DNA of 64,000 bases. Source: the human T2T-CHM13v2.0 reference genome, Homo sapiens. Position 1 is the stretch's first letter, and each line of letters begins with the position of its first letter. Below the pieces are notes generated by a model. It saw only the letters and a program-made list of their open reading frames with translations. It did not search any database and was not told the origin of the DNA. The stretch is from the NCBI RefSeq assembly GCF_009914755.1, contig NC_060941.1; one strand, given 5' to 3'. Below, piece after piece: positions 50,065 to 63,898 of this stretch. The translations under genes and the position numbers were made by a program.

Positions 50065-52483
50065 AAGAGAACAAGGTCAGTGGAGTGAGCGGGGACCTGA
50101 GCCAGGCATGTCGTTCCAACCCCGCTCCATGGTCTCGCGATAAGATGCTCCTTTCCTCCAGGTACCAGCAGAAAGCAGGCGTTTTCTCATGTGGGAAAGA
50201 TGCCGGCCCCCGCTGTTTGGGGTGGAAATCCTCTAACCCGCTGGGCCTGTGCGCCAGGGCTGAGCAACAGCGCGGAGCCGTGCATCTGTCGGGGGCGGGA
50301 CGCGGCAGCAGGGCTGTGAGGGCTGCGTTTTCTCTGCCAGCCTGATCCGCATCCCCTGCCCCTCGGTCGTCTGCCAGTGTCCGTGTATCTTTTGCCCCAG
50401 CTGGTGCGGGTTTAGGGATGTCAGCCCCAGGAGTCACAGGTGAGCTGGTTCCAATGGGAACCTCGGCATCACCTGGGAACTGAAATATGCATTGTCAGCC
50501 CCACGGCAGACCTCTGAATCAGAAACTCCGAGGTAGGATTAGTGTGTTCTGTGTTCTAACAAGTCCCTTGGGTGGTTCAGATGCAGCAGGAGGACGGGGC
50601 CATGTCCGTTTTGTCCACTACCAAACCCAGGGCCTAGAACACTGCACCTGCACCAGCATCTGCCCGATTAATGCTCGACAGAGGAATGAATGTGGATAAG
50701 CACCATTATTCCAAAGCCCCAAAGGGAGAAGCATGAAGGTTTACTGTGCCCCGGGTACCAGGCTGCCACCCTTCTCACGTTCTTATGGCATCTTGACCAC
50801 TCCTGAGGCACGTGCCTCACTGAATTCTACGGGAGAAACAGCTGGTAGCTGTTGACATACTGGTCACGGTGGTGGGAGCTGTACTGGGGCCCTCATGTTT
50901 TAAATTTCCAGTCATCCTGGGACGGAAGTGTTATCCCCATTTCACAGATGAGAAACAGAGGCACAGAGAAGCACCCATACTTTCAGGCACTAAGTAGCAG
51001 ATCTGGGATTTGAAACCAGGGTCCAAAGTTCATGAGCTCTCCACTTGCGGCCTCTTCTAGGAACCACTTGGGTTATCTGGTATTTGGGACAAATCCAGTC
51101 CCTTCCGTATGCCCTGATTTTTACGGATGTCACAGAACACCTTCCACCTTCTACCAGGAAAGGCTCAGTTCTGAAAGCTAACTTGTAAGTTGGTTGCTTG
51201 GGACTAAGAAAGCAGTTTCATAAAGAAAGGATTTCTTGGTTCCCAGACCAGCCCACAAAGAACCCTTGACTCCAAGGCAGCCGCAGGCTCCCGTGAGGGA
51301 TCTGCAGCCCACCTCAGCTCTGAAGCTGACACTTCCACGATGACGTCGTCTTAATGAATGCCTTCTAGGAAATGCATTTGGAATCCACCCTGGGGCTGCA
51401 GGGACTGGGTCTGGCCCAGTCATGGGGTTCTGGTGGGGGCTGAGTGTGGGGGCTCATCTGCATCAGGTCTGAGAGGGCTTTGGTCCTACAGAGGCGTGGG
51501 TAGCGCACCTGCAGCTTAGAACTGCGGGCAGAGGCCCGAGCCACTCCCAGGCTGGTGTTCCCAGGTCGGGTGTGGACCTAGGGACTGTGGGGCAGCCCAC
51601 AGGCTGTCTTTTCTCTGCCAGGCAGGTGTTTACTCACTCATCTGCTATGGCCCTGGGCTCACTGCCGCCGCCCCCCGCCCTGTGGGTTTGTCAGCAGTTT
51701 GATGTGTATTTTTCCATAAAAATTCATTGTTATACATGAAATATAGTAGGTTTTAAAAGGGTAACTGTCCTACAAAGTTTATAACATAAAGCAGGAATCC
51801 CCTGCTCACCTCGAGACACCTTAGAACTCTTTTAGTTCCTTGGTATCTAAAACCTCATGCGGATTCTATGTCTTGATTTTGTAATTTTATACAGCATTAT
51901 GTACTATAAAATATCACGATGTAGCTCTCACTTACGATCTCCCTGAGACACATATGCTTCTTGTATATCCTTGTGCACCTCCTCTGTCCTCATCTGGGCT
52001 GGCTGGACCAGCCACCCAGCTCCACCATCACCCTGAGGATTCTCTCCTGTGTGAGGGCTCCAGTTTCTTGTGCCCATTTTCTCTTGGTTTTCTCCCTTGT
52101 TTGGTTGGAGCACATCCTACAGTAGCTGCCTGAGAAAGAGGGCAAGGGAGGTGATATTTTTCAAGAACTCACATGTCTGAACATATCTTCATTCTAACTT
52201 CACACTGCACGAAGTTCTAGCTGGATAGAAAAGTCAACTTAGAAATTGTTTGCCCTCAGAATTCAGAAGCTCTTGCTTCTCTGTGCTCGGACTTCAAAAT
52301 TTGCTTTGAGAATTTCAGCGCCATTTAAATTCCTGATCCTTTGTATGTGACTTTTTTTTTCTCTCTTTGGAAGGCTTTGGGATATTTTCTGATTATCCTG
52401 GTGTCCTGAAATTTCATAAGAATGTTTGGTGTAGTTCCTTAATTTACTTTAAAATATTTCTGACATATAAAAAATAAAAATCT

Positions 52484-52766
52484 AGGCCAGACGCGGTGGG
52501 TCACGCCTGTAATCCCAGCACTTTGGGAGGCTGAGACAGATGGACCACAAGGTCAGAAGTTAGAGACCATCCTGGCCAACACGGTGAAACCCCGTCTCTA
52601 CTAAAATACAAAAAATTAGCTGGGCATGGTGGCACATGCTCGGGAGGCTGAGACAGGAGAATTGCTTGAACCCAGGAGGCGGAGGTTGCAGTGACCTGAG
52701 ATCGCGCCACTGCACTCCAGCCTGGGCGACAGAGCAGGACTCCATCTCAAAAAAATAATAATAATA
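52484..52766 (+). mobile_element. Alu within old L1 sequence
   Basis: Alu motifs, (AAT)n tail. Confidence 0.9.
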
Positions 52767-54266
52767 CAAATCTATAATAAACATATAAATATACAATATG
52801 AAGTAAAATATAAATATTACAAACCCATCTACCTATCACTGAGCTTAATAAAACATTAAGATTCCTCTTTAATTGTATTTCTCCTCTTCCCAAGATGTGT
52901 CCTGAGTCTGTTGTTTTGTTATCCTTCCTGTTTCTGAATTCTCTTGCTGCATAAAATATATTTTAATATATAACATTCTTGCATGTTTGTGAAATCTCTA
53001 TATAGATGGTGTCACGTATTTTTCTGCCACCTGTCTCTTTGTCAGCATTATTGGTGAGATACACATACTCTGAGGGTGGTGACTCAATTTCACCACTGCA
53101 TAATATTCTATTGTTTGCATATATCACAATTTATGTACCTATTCTTCTGTTGAAGGCTTTTTTGGTTGCTTCTAAATTTGAGCTGTAAATATTCAGTGCA
53201 TGTCTCCTGGAGCCCATGTAGATGAGTTTCTGGAGGGAAATGGTCCTGAGGCCTCCCAGCACATTGGAGTCATCTGGAGAGCTTCACAAATCCCGATGCC
53301 AGCCAAGGATACATCCAAAATCGATTAAACCAAAATCTCTAGTGGTGGGTCTGCCAGGAGTACTTTTAAAGCTCCCCAGGTGATTCCAGTGAGCAGCCAA
53401 GGGGAACAACCACTGCCCTAGACCAATGCTACTCAAGGAGTGTCCCTTCAACCATGTGTCACCTGCCAGCATGTTAGATGTGCACACTGGGGTCCCGCCC
53501 CAGAGCTGGCGAGTGAGCATGTGTGTTTCAGGAGGACCTCAGGGATGGCTGCAGGCAGCGCCCACCTTCGTCTACTGGGCATCACCAAACTGCTGCTCGG
53601 GATGGTGGAGGGGCCACACGGGTGTGGAGGCTTCACGTCCCTCTGCCGGTCACTTACAGGCTTTCTCTATGGAAGCCCATTCCCTTCAGTCCTGGGAAAT
53701 ATTCTTGTGTCATTTCTTCAACAATCTCCTCTCCTCTGTTTTCTGTTTCTTGGGTTGAAATTCCTATTTGATGGAGGCTGGATCTTCTGTGTTGAGCTGA
53801 TCTTGTTGTTGTTCAATGTTCTTGACTTTTTCCTCTTTTGCTTTTATGCATTTTACTTTCTGGGAGATTTTCTCTCCTCTTCCATCCCTTCTCATGCATT
53901 TTAAATTCCTGCTATTATATTTTTAATGTTCAAGAACTTCAACACTGCCTTTAAAAAAATAAAATTCTTTTCTCATTTCATAGGTGTAATACTTCAGGGG
54001 ATTTTCCTCTCCTTTTTTCTGTGTACTGGAGTCTCTATTTTCAGTTATTGGATTTCATCAAACGTTGGGTGCCCTTGGCTGTCCCCACTCTGAGTGAAAC
54101 ACAGCAAAGCTAATAGGCAGCACTGAACATGTGGGTGAGGCTTGTGGACTGGAGGTCTCACAGTGGACTGGGCAGAGACCCACTGTTTGGGGAACCCCCA
54201 GTGTCAGGATCTGTCCATCTGTTCTCTTTGATCAGTTTCCCAGAGAGAAATTCAATAATGTCCTGC

Positions 54267-54566
<300 letters not shown>

Positions 54567-55444
54567 TGTCCTGCCTTGGGGGTGGATGGATGGGGACTAG
54601 GCCTGGCTTTTATCAGCCTCCATCAGGGATTTTAAAGGGGAATGAGGGCGTCCCCATTTACATCCTGATTTCAGGAAGGCACCTTGCCCCAGCCTTTGGC
54701 TACCCTTGGGGTCCCCAATCCAGAATCTTTTCAGATCACCATTGGCCGGCAGTAAACCTGTCTCCTGCCATGGTCAGAGAAGGGCAGTCACCAGGCCGGG
54801 AGAGGGGACCTGAGGATGTAAACACTTCTTTCAATCAAGACAATTCTCAGACCCACCCTGAACTTCCACCTTTGGGACACCTGGCCCCTCCAAGTTCTGT
54901 GCATTTGGGGGATTCTGCAAAGCAAATGGGCTTGTTCATGCTTGGCTTCCTTCTTTGTAGACATTTTGAGGCTGACACTAAGCAAATCATACTGTTCCAG
55001 CTTCCAAAGCTCTTCAGATATTTGTCATTCACTGCCATCTTCTCTCCTGTTCTTTTTGTCTTTGTGCTTTATGCCATTTTCATTCCTTTACGTCATTCTA
55101 GTGGGGTTTTGAGGGACAGAGGAAAATATGAATATATTCAGTGCACCATATATAACCAGAAGTCCTTGTGCATTTAAAAGACATTTTTGCATACATACGT
55201 ATGTGTTTGCAGAACTCATTCTGATTATTTGTGTGTACTTTTGTATGTAGATGGCCTTGCTTATCCGTTCAGCATCAGGTGTGTGAGCTGCATGAACACA
55301 CACAGATCTAGCCCCTCCTTTCACTGCGGCTTAGGAAGGGTTCCAGCAAGTCAACGCACCACAGTTTTTTCCATTTTTCCATGGACGCATCTCAGAAACA
55401 CAGGCAATCGTGGTCTTCGATCAACACACTGGCTCGGTGCAAAT

Positions 55445-55465
55445 TTTAATCTTCATTGTTTTAAT
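55445..55465 (-). terminator. Tandem ATTAAA polyadenylation signals (candidate RPH3AL 3' end)
   Basis: tttaat twice on the plus strand, with GT-rich sequence further downstream on the minus strand. Confidence 0.6.
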
Positions 55466-55916
55466 TCTGAAGCATAACGTGCCACAGGGAAAGTGAGTTT
55501 CTTTACTGTTTGCCAGCAGCAAGGACAAAAAGTGAATGGTGGGGGCCCAGGAGCTCCCAGCTTGGAGAGAAGGCCCTTCCAGACCCAGGAACCCGGGGTT
55601 TGGGGCAGGAGGCAGGAAGGATGGGAGGGTGTGATCACCGACACACACACACACGTTCTCTCTCTTCAGGGAAGGGTTTTCCAGAAGCATTTGCCCATAC
55701 TCTGAATGAAGTATTTTCATGCCAAGCCAAACCTCCTGAAGAGAAGTGAATTCATGGCTGAGGGAGCCACGTGCCCTGGCTGGGGATGCACCTGAACGCT
55801 GCTCTTCAGCAAGTGAGTTCATAGCATCCACCAGAGCTTCCCAGCTCCTCAAGCTGAAGACAGGCTGAGCAAAAACCAGGCAGGCCATGAGGGGATTCAA
55901 AGAAACCTAATAGGAT

Positions 55917-56225
<309 letters not shown>

Positions 56226-56793
56226 CTAAACAGACCCAGGTTTCACCCGCGGTCCTGGGCCAGCCCACGGGAGGGGGGCACTGCGCCTGCCTCCCAGAGC
56301 TGAAGGGAGAGGGAGAGGGTGGGTGAGTCTCCCCCTCACTGCTCTGGCTCTGATGCTCACCTCTAAGGGGCCACACGCAGCTTCGGAGGCCGTGCCCTAG
56401 GTTTCATTTAGTCTTGCCATTAATATAGCAACGGAGATAGCCCCACCGGGCGGCCCCTCTGACACTGCATGTGGGAAACCCCCCAGCCCAACCCAAGACA
56501 CGCGCAAACTTAAAATCATCACCAGGTAGATTGGGGGTGTGGGAGGGGAGGGTAATAAATAAGGTCGGGGGCTGAGGGCAGTGGTTGGAGGGGGTGGCGG
56601 ATGCAGACAGCTCCCCAGGAGAGAAGGGGTGCAGAAAGGCACTGAGCTGGGGAGGCAGACGGCTCCCAACACTGGTTTGTTGAGTCATGGCCAACAGGGT
56701 GTCTGGTGAGGGCACAAGGACCGGTCAGGGAGGAGCCGGGCAGGGTCTGGCAGGAATCCTCCACAGGGAAGTCTGTTCCAGGCACCAGACACC

Positions 56794-56865
56794 TCAGCCC
56801 AGGCAGCTGGAGGGGCCTGCTGGAGCTGCGTCAGCAGCGGGGGCTCGTCCAGGTGTGTCTTTTAC
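56794..56865 (-). CDS. RPH3AL: RPH3AL last coding exon (coding part)
   Basis: Pyrimidine tract then caaag|GTA AAA..., VKDTPGRAPAADAAPAGPSSCLG-TGA; phase 0 matches the previous donor. Confidence 0.92.
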   Translation of the reverse strand, partial: VKDTPGRAPAADAAPAGPSSCLG

Positions 56866-57427
56866 CTTTGGATGAGAGAAAAGGCCACCACATGGTGAGC
56901 AGCGGTGGAGTCCCTCCCTCCCCGGTGACAGCTCGGCCTTTGGGAATGAGATGGAGGAGCTGGTGGGGAAGGCAGGCTTCTGCTGACAGCATCCGTGCCT
57001 CAGCCCGAGCTCGAGACCAGCACCGCTCTGCTCTGCTGTGTGATGGCAGGAAAGTCACCTGCCCCTCTGGGCTTCAGGCCCTCCTCCTAACCCAGGTGAT
57101 CAACATGGCGACCTCAGGATGCCGGAAGGAGCAAATGGGCACGGAAAGAGAACACCCTCCTTTAAGCCAATCTTTCCCCAGGTTGTTTCTTAAGCCCAGG
57201 AACCCTCTCTGCACTGGGCCACACAGCTTCCGCCTTTATCACTGGACATTTACTGAGGACCTCCTAGGGGAAGGCAGTCCATGTGACACTGGATTTTGTC
57301 TCCCCGGAACCCTGTGAAGGACACCGTACCGATAATAGAACTGGGCACAGAGAGATCAAATATAAGGGTGAACCATATTGAACTGCCGATATTTCACTGT
57401 TTTTGAACCACAAAAATGCAATTTCAA

Positions 57428-57725
57428 TTGGGCGCAGTGGCTCTTGCCTGTAATCCCAACACTTTGGGAGGCCAAGGTGGGAGGACTGTTTCAGCCCAGG
57501 AGTTCGAGACCAGCCTGGGCAACATAGGGAGACCCCGTCCCTTTGAAAAATACAAAAAATAATTAGCCGGGCATGGTGGCACTTGCCTATAGTCCTAGCT
57601 ACTTGGCAGGCTGAGGCAGGAGGACCACTGGAGCCCAGGAGGTCGAGGCTGCAGTGAACGGTGATCACACCAGTGCACTCCAGCCCGGGCAACAGCATGA
57701 GATCCTGTCTCAAAAAAAAAAAAAA
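57428..57725 (+). mobile_element. Alu (AluJ-like) in the last RPH3AL intron
   Basis: Alu dimer, flanked by gcaatttca direct repeats. Confidence 0.92.
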
Positions 57726-58595
57726 GCAATTTCATATGGTTCAACCTGGGGGTCTGCTCAAGGTCACATGGCTGTGGGTGGCAGGGCTGGGACAAGAACT
57801 CGGGGCTGCCGGATTCCACACTGTCCTCTGTGGAGGACCTCCAGGAGGCTAGAGGGAGGGGGCAGGGTCCACTCCACAGCCAAAGATGCCTCCCGGATGC
57901 TCTGCAGCTCCTGGGAGCCATCGAGTGGGGAAGGAGAGAGGTGCGGCAGGCGTTCCTGTGGGTGGCTGCCGGGTGCCCTCCACACCCCGGGGACGGAGAT
58001 CAGCTGCTGCCCTGGTGCATGCGTGTACCCATGAATCCTCTGGCCAGGGAGGGGCCCAACCTGCCCAGGGCTTCTTTCTTGAAGGAGACAGGGCTGATCC
58101 TGCACCTGCGCAGTTTTCTCTGGCTTCAGTTTAAGGAGAACCCTCACCCCCGCCACAGGATGATCCTGGGCCAACCAGGGCTGGGCCCAGCAGGTGCAGG
58201 GCAGGGTGGGAGCCCAGGATTCTCCCCTCACTCTCTCTCTGTGCCTTGGTTTCTACACCCATCAAATGGGACAATAAGCCTCCCAGCCACTCTGCCAAGA
58301 GAATGAAAGTTCGCCCCAGGGGAGCCCGACACGTTTTATGTAGCAGAGGATGGTAACCACTGCTGTGATTACCGAGAGTGGCTAGGGATGGCTACCATTA
58401 TCATTCTGGGTCCCTCTCTCTGTTCCTTGCAGGCAGGGATGGGGTCTGGCTCACCTTGTTCCCCCGCACAGTGCTTGGTAAACAACATGCAGAATTGAAA
58501 ATGTCACCGACCAGTCTCCAGTTTGGGAGGAGTGAGTGAGAGAGGACACGGCCGCGGGGGCAGGAGAGGGGAGAAGGCAGCAGTTGGGTACTCAC

Positions 58596-58744
58596 CGGGG
58601 CCCTTCGGGTCAGCCCGGGGCGGGGTCCCCCTGGCGGGTCAGCAGAGCCTGTCCCCGTCTCACCACTGGCCAGGCTGCTCTGGCACCCAGAGAGGTGGCC
58701 CGGCGGGTGGGTGAACCCCATCCTGGGGGCCTCCACGCTGCCAC
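58596..58744 (-). CDS. RPH3AL: RPH3AL (Noc2) penultimate coding exon, 149 nt
   Basis: ccacag|GT GGC AGC..., (G)GSVEAPRMGFTHPPGHLSGCQSSLASGETGTGSADPPGGPRPGLTRRAP, donor CCG|GTGAG; matches the recalled human Noc2 C-terminal region. Confidence 0.92.
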
Positions 58745-58851
58745 CTGTGGGAAATCACGTGTGGGCCCCGTGGATCTCAAACTGAGACGGGGTGATCTCA
58801 GTCCAGTTCCTCGTTTGGAACTCTAGATCTCTATGGGATGTCTGCCCCCCA

Positions 58852-59123
58852 CCCCACCCACATGGCTGCCAGGCTCTGGCCTGACCTCACCCACATGGCT
58901 GCCGGGCTCTGGCCTGACCCCACCCACATGGCTGCCGGGCTCTGGCCTGACCTCACCCACATGGCTGCCGGGCTCTGGCCTGACCCCACCCACATGGCTG
59001 CCGGGCTCTGGCCTGACCTCACCCACATGGCTGCCGGGCTCTGGCCTGACCCCACCCACATGGCTGCCGGGCTCTGGCCTGACCTCACCCACATGGCTGC
59101 AAGGCTCTGGCCCGACCCCACCC
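58852..59123. repeat. 33-bp VNTR, ~8 copies alternating as a 66-bp dimer
   Basis: Unit cccacatggctgccgggctctggcctgacc(t/c)ca. Confidence 0.96.
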
Positions 59124-59791
59124 TCTGGCTGTTGCTGGTGGGTCCAAGAACGGGCCTGCAGGTCTTTTCACTAAGTCACAGATCACCAACATGAAAGTCC
59201 ACAATTATCACAGAATGGGGGTGGGGGTGGGGGATATATATTTTGGTTAACCTAATGAGAGATGTTGACTGCTGCCTTAACTCACTAAAGGGTCTTCACT
59301 CAAACATGGTTTCTGGTCTTTGCCTGGCCACGAGAGCAGACGTGGAGCCTGCTACTTTGCTGAACTTCTCTTGTCTCCCAGTCCTGCTTGGTCAGAGCTG
59401 AGGGTGGGTGTGGGGCGAGGGGACAAGAGCCCATGGTGGGAGGAGGAGGGGAGTATAAAGCCTGCCCTGGAAACCGAGGCTGGCAGGTAAGTTTCCTTTA
59501 TACTCTTCTAAATTTTCTCTAGAATCTTCAGCCTGATGGAGCCTGGGAAGTCACTGGTCCAGGGACAGTTTTCATCTCTTGCACCATCTCTACCTGCTGA
59601 TATTGGCCACTTAGAAAACTGCACTGAGGAGGATTCTGAGGGCACATCAGGGCTCTGTGGAAAGAGTATCATGATCACCTAGTAATGTCTGCCATGGTCA
59701 CAGGAGAGGGGGGTGGTGGTACATGTGTCAGGTCTTTGCCAGCTCTGATTTAGCTCAAACTTCCATTCCCAACCCAGTCTTGGTCCCAAGA

Positions 59792-62700
59792 CAGGACCCC
59801 CAAGGCATTTCACTCCCATCTGGGGCAGTTATTACAGAGCCCTTCTTCTGCGCTAAAATTGGCCTCGCTGAAATCAGGACCCCCAAGGCATTTCATTCCC
59901 ATCTGGGGCAGTTATTACAGAGCCCTTCTTCTGCACTAAAATTGGCCTCACTGAAATCAGGACCCCCAAGGCATTTCGTTCCCATCTGGGGCAGTTATTA
60001 CAGAGCCCTTCTTCTGCGCTAAAATTGGCCTCACTGAAATCAGGACCCCCAAGGCATTTCGTTCCCATCTGGGGCAGTTATTATGGAGCCCTTTCTTCTT
60101 CTGCACTAAAATTGGCCTCGCTGAAATCAGGACCCCCAAGGCATTTCATTCCCATCTGGGGCAGTTATTACAGAGCCCTTCTTCTGCATTAAAATTGGCC
60201 TCACTGAAATCAGGACCCCCAAGGCATTTCGTTCCCATCTCGGGCAGTTATTACAGAGCCCTTCTTCTGCGCTAAAATTGGCCTCACTGAAATCAGGACC
60301 CCCAAGGCATTTCGTTCCCATCTGGGGCAGTTATTATGGAGCCCTTTCTTCTTCTGCACTAAAATTGGCCTCGCTGAAATCAGGACCCCCAAGGCATTTC
60401 ATTCCCATCTGGGGCAGTTATTACAGAGCCCTTCTTCTGCGCTAAAATTGGCCTCACTGGAATCAGGACCCCCAAGGCATTTCGTTCCCATCTGGGGCAG
60501 TTATTATGGAGCCCTTTCTTCTTCTGCACTAAAATTGGCCTCGCTGAAATTAGGACCCCCAAGGCATTTCATTCCTGTTTGGGGCAGTTATTACAGAGCC
60601 CTTCTTCTGCGCTAAAATTGGCCTCACTGGAATCAGGACCCCCAAGGCATTTCGTTCCCATCTGGGGCAGTTATTATGGAGCCCTTTCTTCTTCTGCACT
60701 AAAATTGGCCTCGCTGAAATCAGGACCTCCAAGGCATTTCATTCCCATCTGGGGCAGTTATTACAGAGCCCTTCTTCTGCGCTAAAATTGGCCTCACTGA
60801 AATCAGGACCCCCAAGGCATTTCGTTCCCATCTGGGGCAGTTATTATGGAGCGCTTTCTTCTTCTGCACTAAAATTGGCCTCGCTGAAATCAGGACCCCC
60901 AAGGCATTTCATTCCTGTTTGGGGCAGTTATTACAGAGCCCTTCTTCTGCGCTAAAATTGGCCTCACTGGAATCAGGACCCCCAAGGCATTTCGTTCCCA
61001 TCTGGGGCAGTTATTATGGAGCCCTTTCTTCTTCTGCACTAAAATTGGCCTCGCTGAAATCAGGACCCCCAAGGCATTTCATTCCCATCTGGGGCAGTTA
61101 TTACAGAGCCCTTCTTCTGCGCTAAAATTGGCCTCACTGGAATCAGGACCCCGAAGGCATTTCGTTCCCATCTGGGGCAGTTATTATGGAGCCCTTTCTT
61201 CTTCTGCACTAAAATTGGCCTCGTTGAAATCAGGACCCCCAAGGCATTTCATTCCTGTTTGGGGCAGTTATTACAGAGCCCTTCTTCTGCGCTAAAATTG
61301 GCCTCACTGAAATCAGGACCCCCAAGGCATTTCGTTCCCATCTGGGGCAGTTATTATGGAGCCCTTTCTTCTTCTGCACTAAAATTGGCCTCGCTGAAAT
61401 CAGGACCCCCAAGGCATTTCATTCCCATCTGGGGCAGTTATTACAGAGCCCTTCTTCTGCGCTAAAATTGGCCTCACTGGAATCAGGACCCCCAAGGCAT
61501 TTCGTTCCCATCTGGGGCAGTTATTATGGAGCCCTTTCTTCTTCTGCACTAAAATTGGCCTCGCTGAAATCAGGACCCCCAAGGCATTTCATTCCTGTTT
61601 GGGGCAGTTATTACAGAGCCCTTCTTCTGCGCTAAAATTGGCCTCACTGGAATCAGGACCCCCAAGGCATTTCGTTCCCATCTGGGGCAGTTATTATGGA
61701 GCCCTTTCTTCTTCTGCACTAAAATTGGCCTCGCTGAAATCAGGACCTCCAAGGCATTTCATTCCCATCTGGGGCAGTTATTACAGAGCCCTTCTTCTGC
61801 GCTAAAATTGGCCTCACTGAAATCAGGACCCCCAAGGCATTTCGTTCCCATCTGGGGCAGTTATTATGGAGCCCTTTCTTCTTCTGCACTAAAATTGGCC
61901 TCGCTGAAATCAGGACCCCCAAGGCATTTCATTCCTGTTTGGGGCAGTTATTACAGAGCCCTTCTTCTGCGCTAAAATTGGCCTCACTGGAATCAGGACC
62001 CCCAAGGCATTTCGTTCCCATCTGGGGCAGTTATTATGGAGCCCTTTCTTCTTCTGCACTAAAATTGGCCTCGCTGAAATCAGGACCTCCAAGGCATTTC
62101 ATTCCCATCTGGGGCAGTTATTACAGAGCCCTTCTTCTGTGCTAAAATTGGCCTCACTGAAATCAGGACCCCCAAGGCATTTCGTTCCCATCTGGGGCAG
62201 TTATTATGGAGCCCTTTCTTCTTCTGCACTAAAATTGGCCTCGCTGAAATCAGGACCCCCAAGGCATTTCATTCCTGTTTGGGGCAGTTATTATGGAGCC
62301 CGTTCTTCTTCTGCACTAAAATTGGCCTCACTGGAATCAGGACCCCCAAGGCATTTCGTTCCCATCTGGGGCAGTTATTATGGAGCCCTTTCTTCTTCTG
62401 CACTAAAATTGGCCTGGCTGAAATCAGGACCCCCAAGGCATTTCATTCCTGTTTGGGGCAGTTATTATGGAGCCCGTTCTTCTTCTGCACTAAAATTGGC
62501 CTGGCTGAAATCAGGACCCCCAAGGCATTTCATTCCTGTTTGGGGCAGTTATTATGGAGCCCTTTCTTCTTCTGCACTAAAATTGGCCTCGCTGAAATCA
62601 GGACCCCCAAGGCATTTCATTCCCATCTGGGGCAGTTATTACAGAGCCCTTCTTCTGCGCTAAAATTGGCCTCACTGGAATCAGGACCCCCAAGGCATTT

Positions 62701-62856
62701 CGTTCCCATCTGGGGCAGTTATTATGGAGCCCTTTCTTCTTCTGCACTAAAATTGGCCTCGCTGAAATCAGGACCTCCAAGGCATTTCATTCCTGTTTGG
62801 GGCAGTTATTATGGAGCCCTTTCTTCTTCTGTACTAAAATTGGCCTCCCTGAAATT
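59792..62856. repeat. 83/87-bp VNTR, ~36 units, mostly a 170-bp higher-order dimer, intronic in RPH3AL
   Basis: Unit caggacccccaaggcatttc...ctaaaattggcctc(a/g)ctgaaat; ORFs recur every 170 nt. Confidence 0.98.
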
Positions 62857-63486
62857 TCTTTCAAGGGTCCCAGTTCCGACCTGTGGAGTGACCGAATGAA
62901 GCTGGCCCTTTTCCCAGAAGTCCTTTGTGTGTTTGAAGGACAGGAAAATGTCTTTCCTTTCCTCTCCCAGGCCTTCTCTATACCAGTCTCAATGCCCCCG
63001 TTAACCCTCTTTCATACAGCAGTTTCCCAGAGGGTGAGCTCAGGGATCTCCAAGTCAGAAGGCGCTTTGGAGGCCACCCGTTCTGTCTCACTTGCTAACG
63101 AGAAGGAAATGCAGGCCCAGAGGTCACAGCAGGTCCTGGGGACCCCATGGTGGTTTCATGGCAGGACTGACCTAGTGCAGGGAGGTCTGCACCTGATTTT
63201 CTCAGCTCTCATGATTGAAGAGGCAAACTCTCAGTTGGGGAACGCTCACAGGTGGGCATGGGAGGAGTCCCAGGTATGCAGGCCAAGGGCATGGGTGGCC
63301 TGGCTGGCCCTGGCTCCTGTCCTTTGCCTGCCCTCCTCACCCTGCTGTGTGTACAGAAGAGCCTCAAGGAGCCTGTTGTCCCATCCCTAGGCCTGCTTCT
63401 CCTTCCAGATGTAGAAGAACTCCTTGGACACCCACTGGGAAGCAGCAAAACCACTCTGTCCCTGGGGCTTTGGAAATAAACAGCAC

Positions 63487-63898
63487 TTTTTTTTTTTTTT
63501 TTTTTTTTTTTTTTGAGATGGAGTCTTGATCTGTCGCCAGGCTGGAGTTCAGTGATGCAATCTGGGCTCACATCAACCTCCACCCCCTGGATTCAGGCAA
63601 TTCTCCTGTCTCAGCCTCCCAAGTAGCTGGGATTACAGGCACCCGCCACCACACCCAGCTAATTTTCATATTTTTAGTAGAGGTGGGGTTTCACCATGTT
63701 GGGCAAGATGGTCTCAATCTCCTGACCTCATGATCTGCCCACCCCGGCCTCCTAAAGTGCTGGGATTACAGACATAAGCCACTGTGCCCGGCCTAATAGT
63801 TTCATTTCTTTTCTTTTTCTTCCTTTTTTTTTTTTTTTTTTTTTTTTGAGATGGAGTTTCGCTCCTGTTGCCCAGGCTGGAGTGCACCGTGCCCGGCC
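63487..63898 (-). mobile_element. Full Alu plus an internally deleted Alu
   Basis: 63487-63793 is a full reverse Alu; 63808-63898 has tail and 3' end joined directly to the 5' end. Confidence 0.88.

Noticed and set aside
59454-59492. TATAAA followed by a perfect CAG|GTAAGT on the plus strand
   Set aside because: A TATA-directed start would leave a first exon of only a few bases; no other support from the sequence.
59792-62856. Alpha satellite, suggested by the 170-bp period
   Set aside because: No alphoid similarity or CENP-B box seen; the period comes from 83+87-bp monomers.
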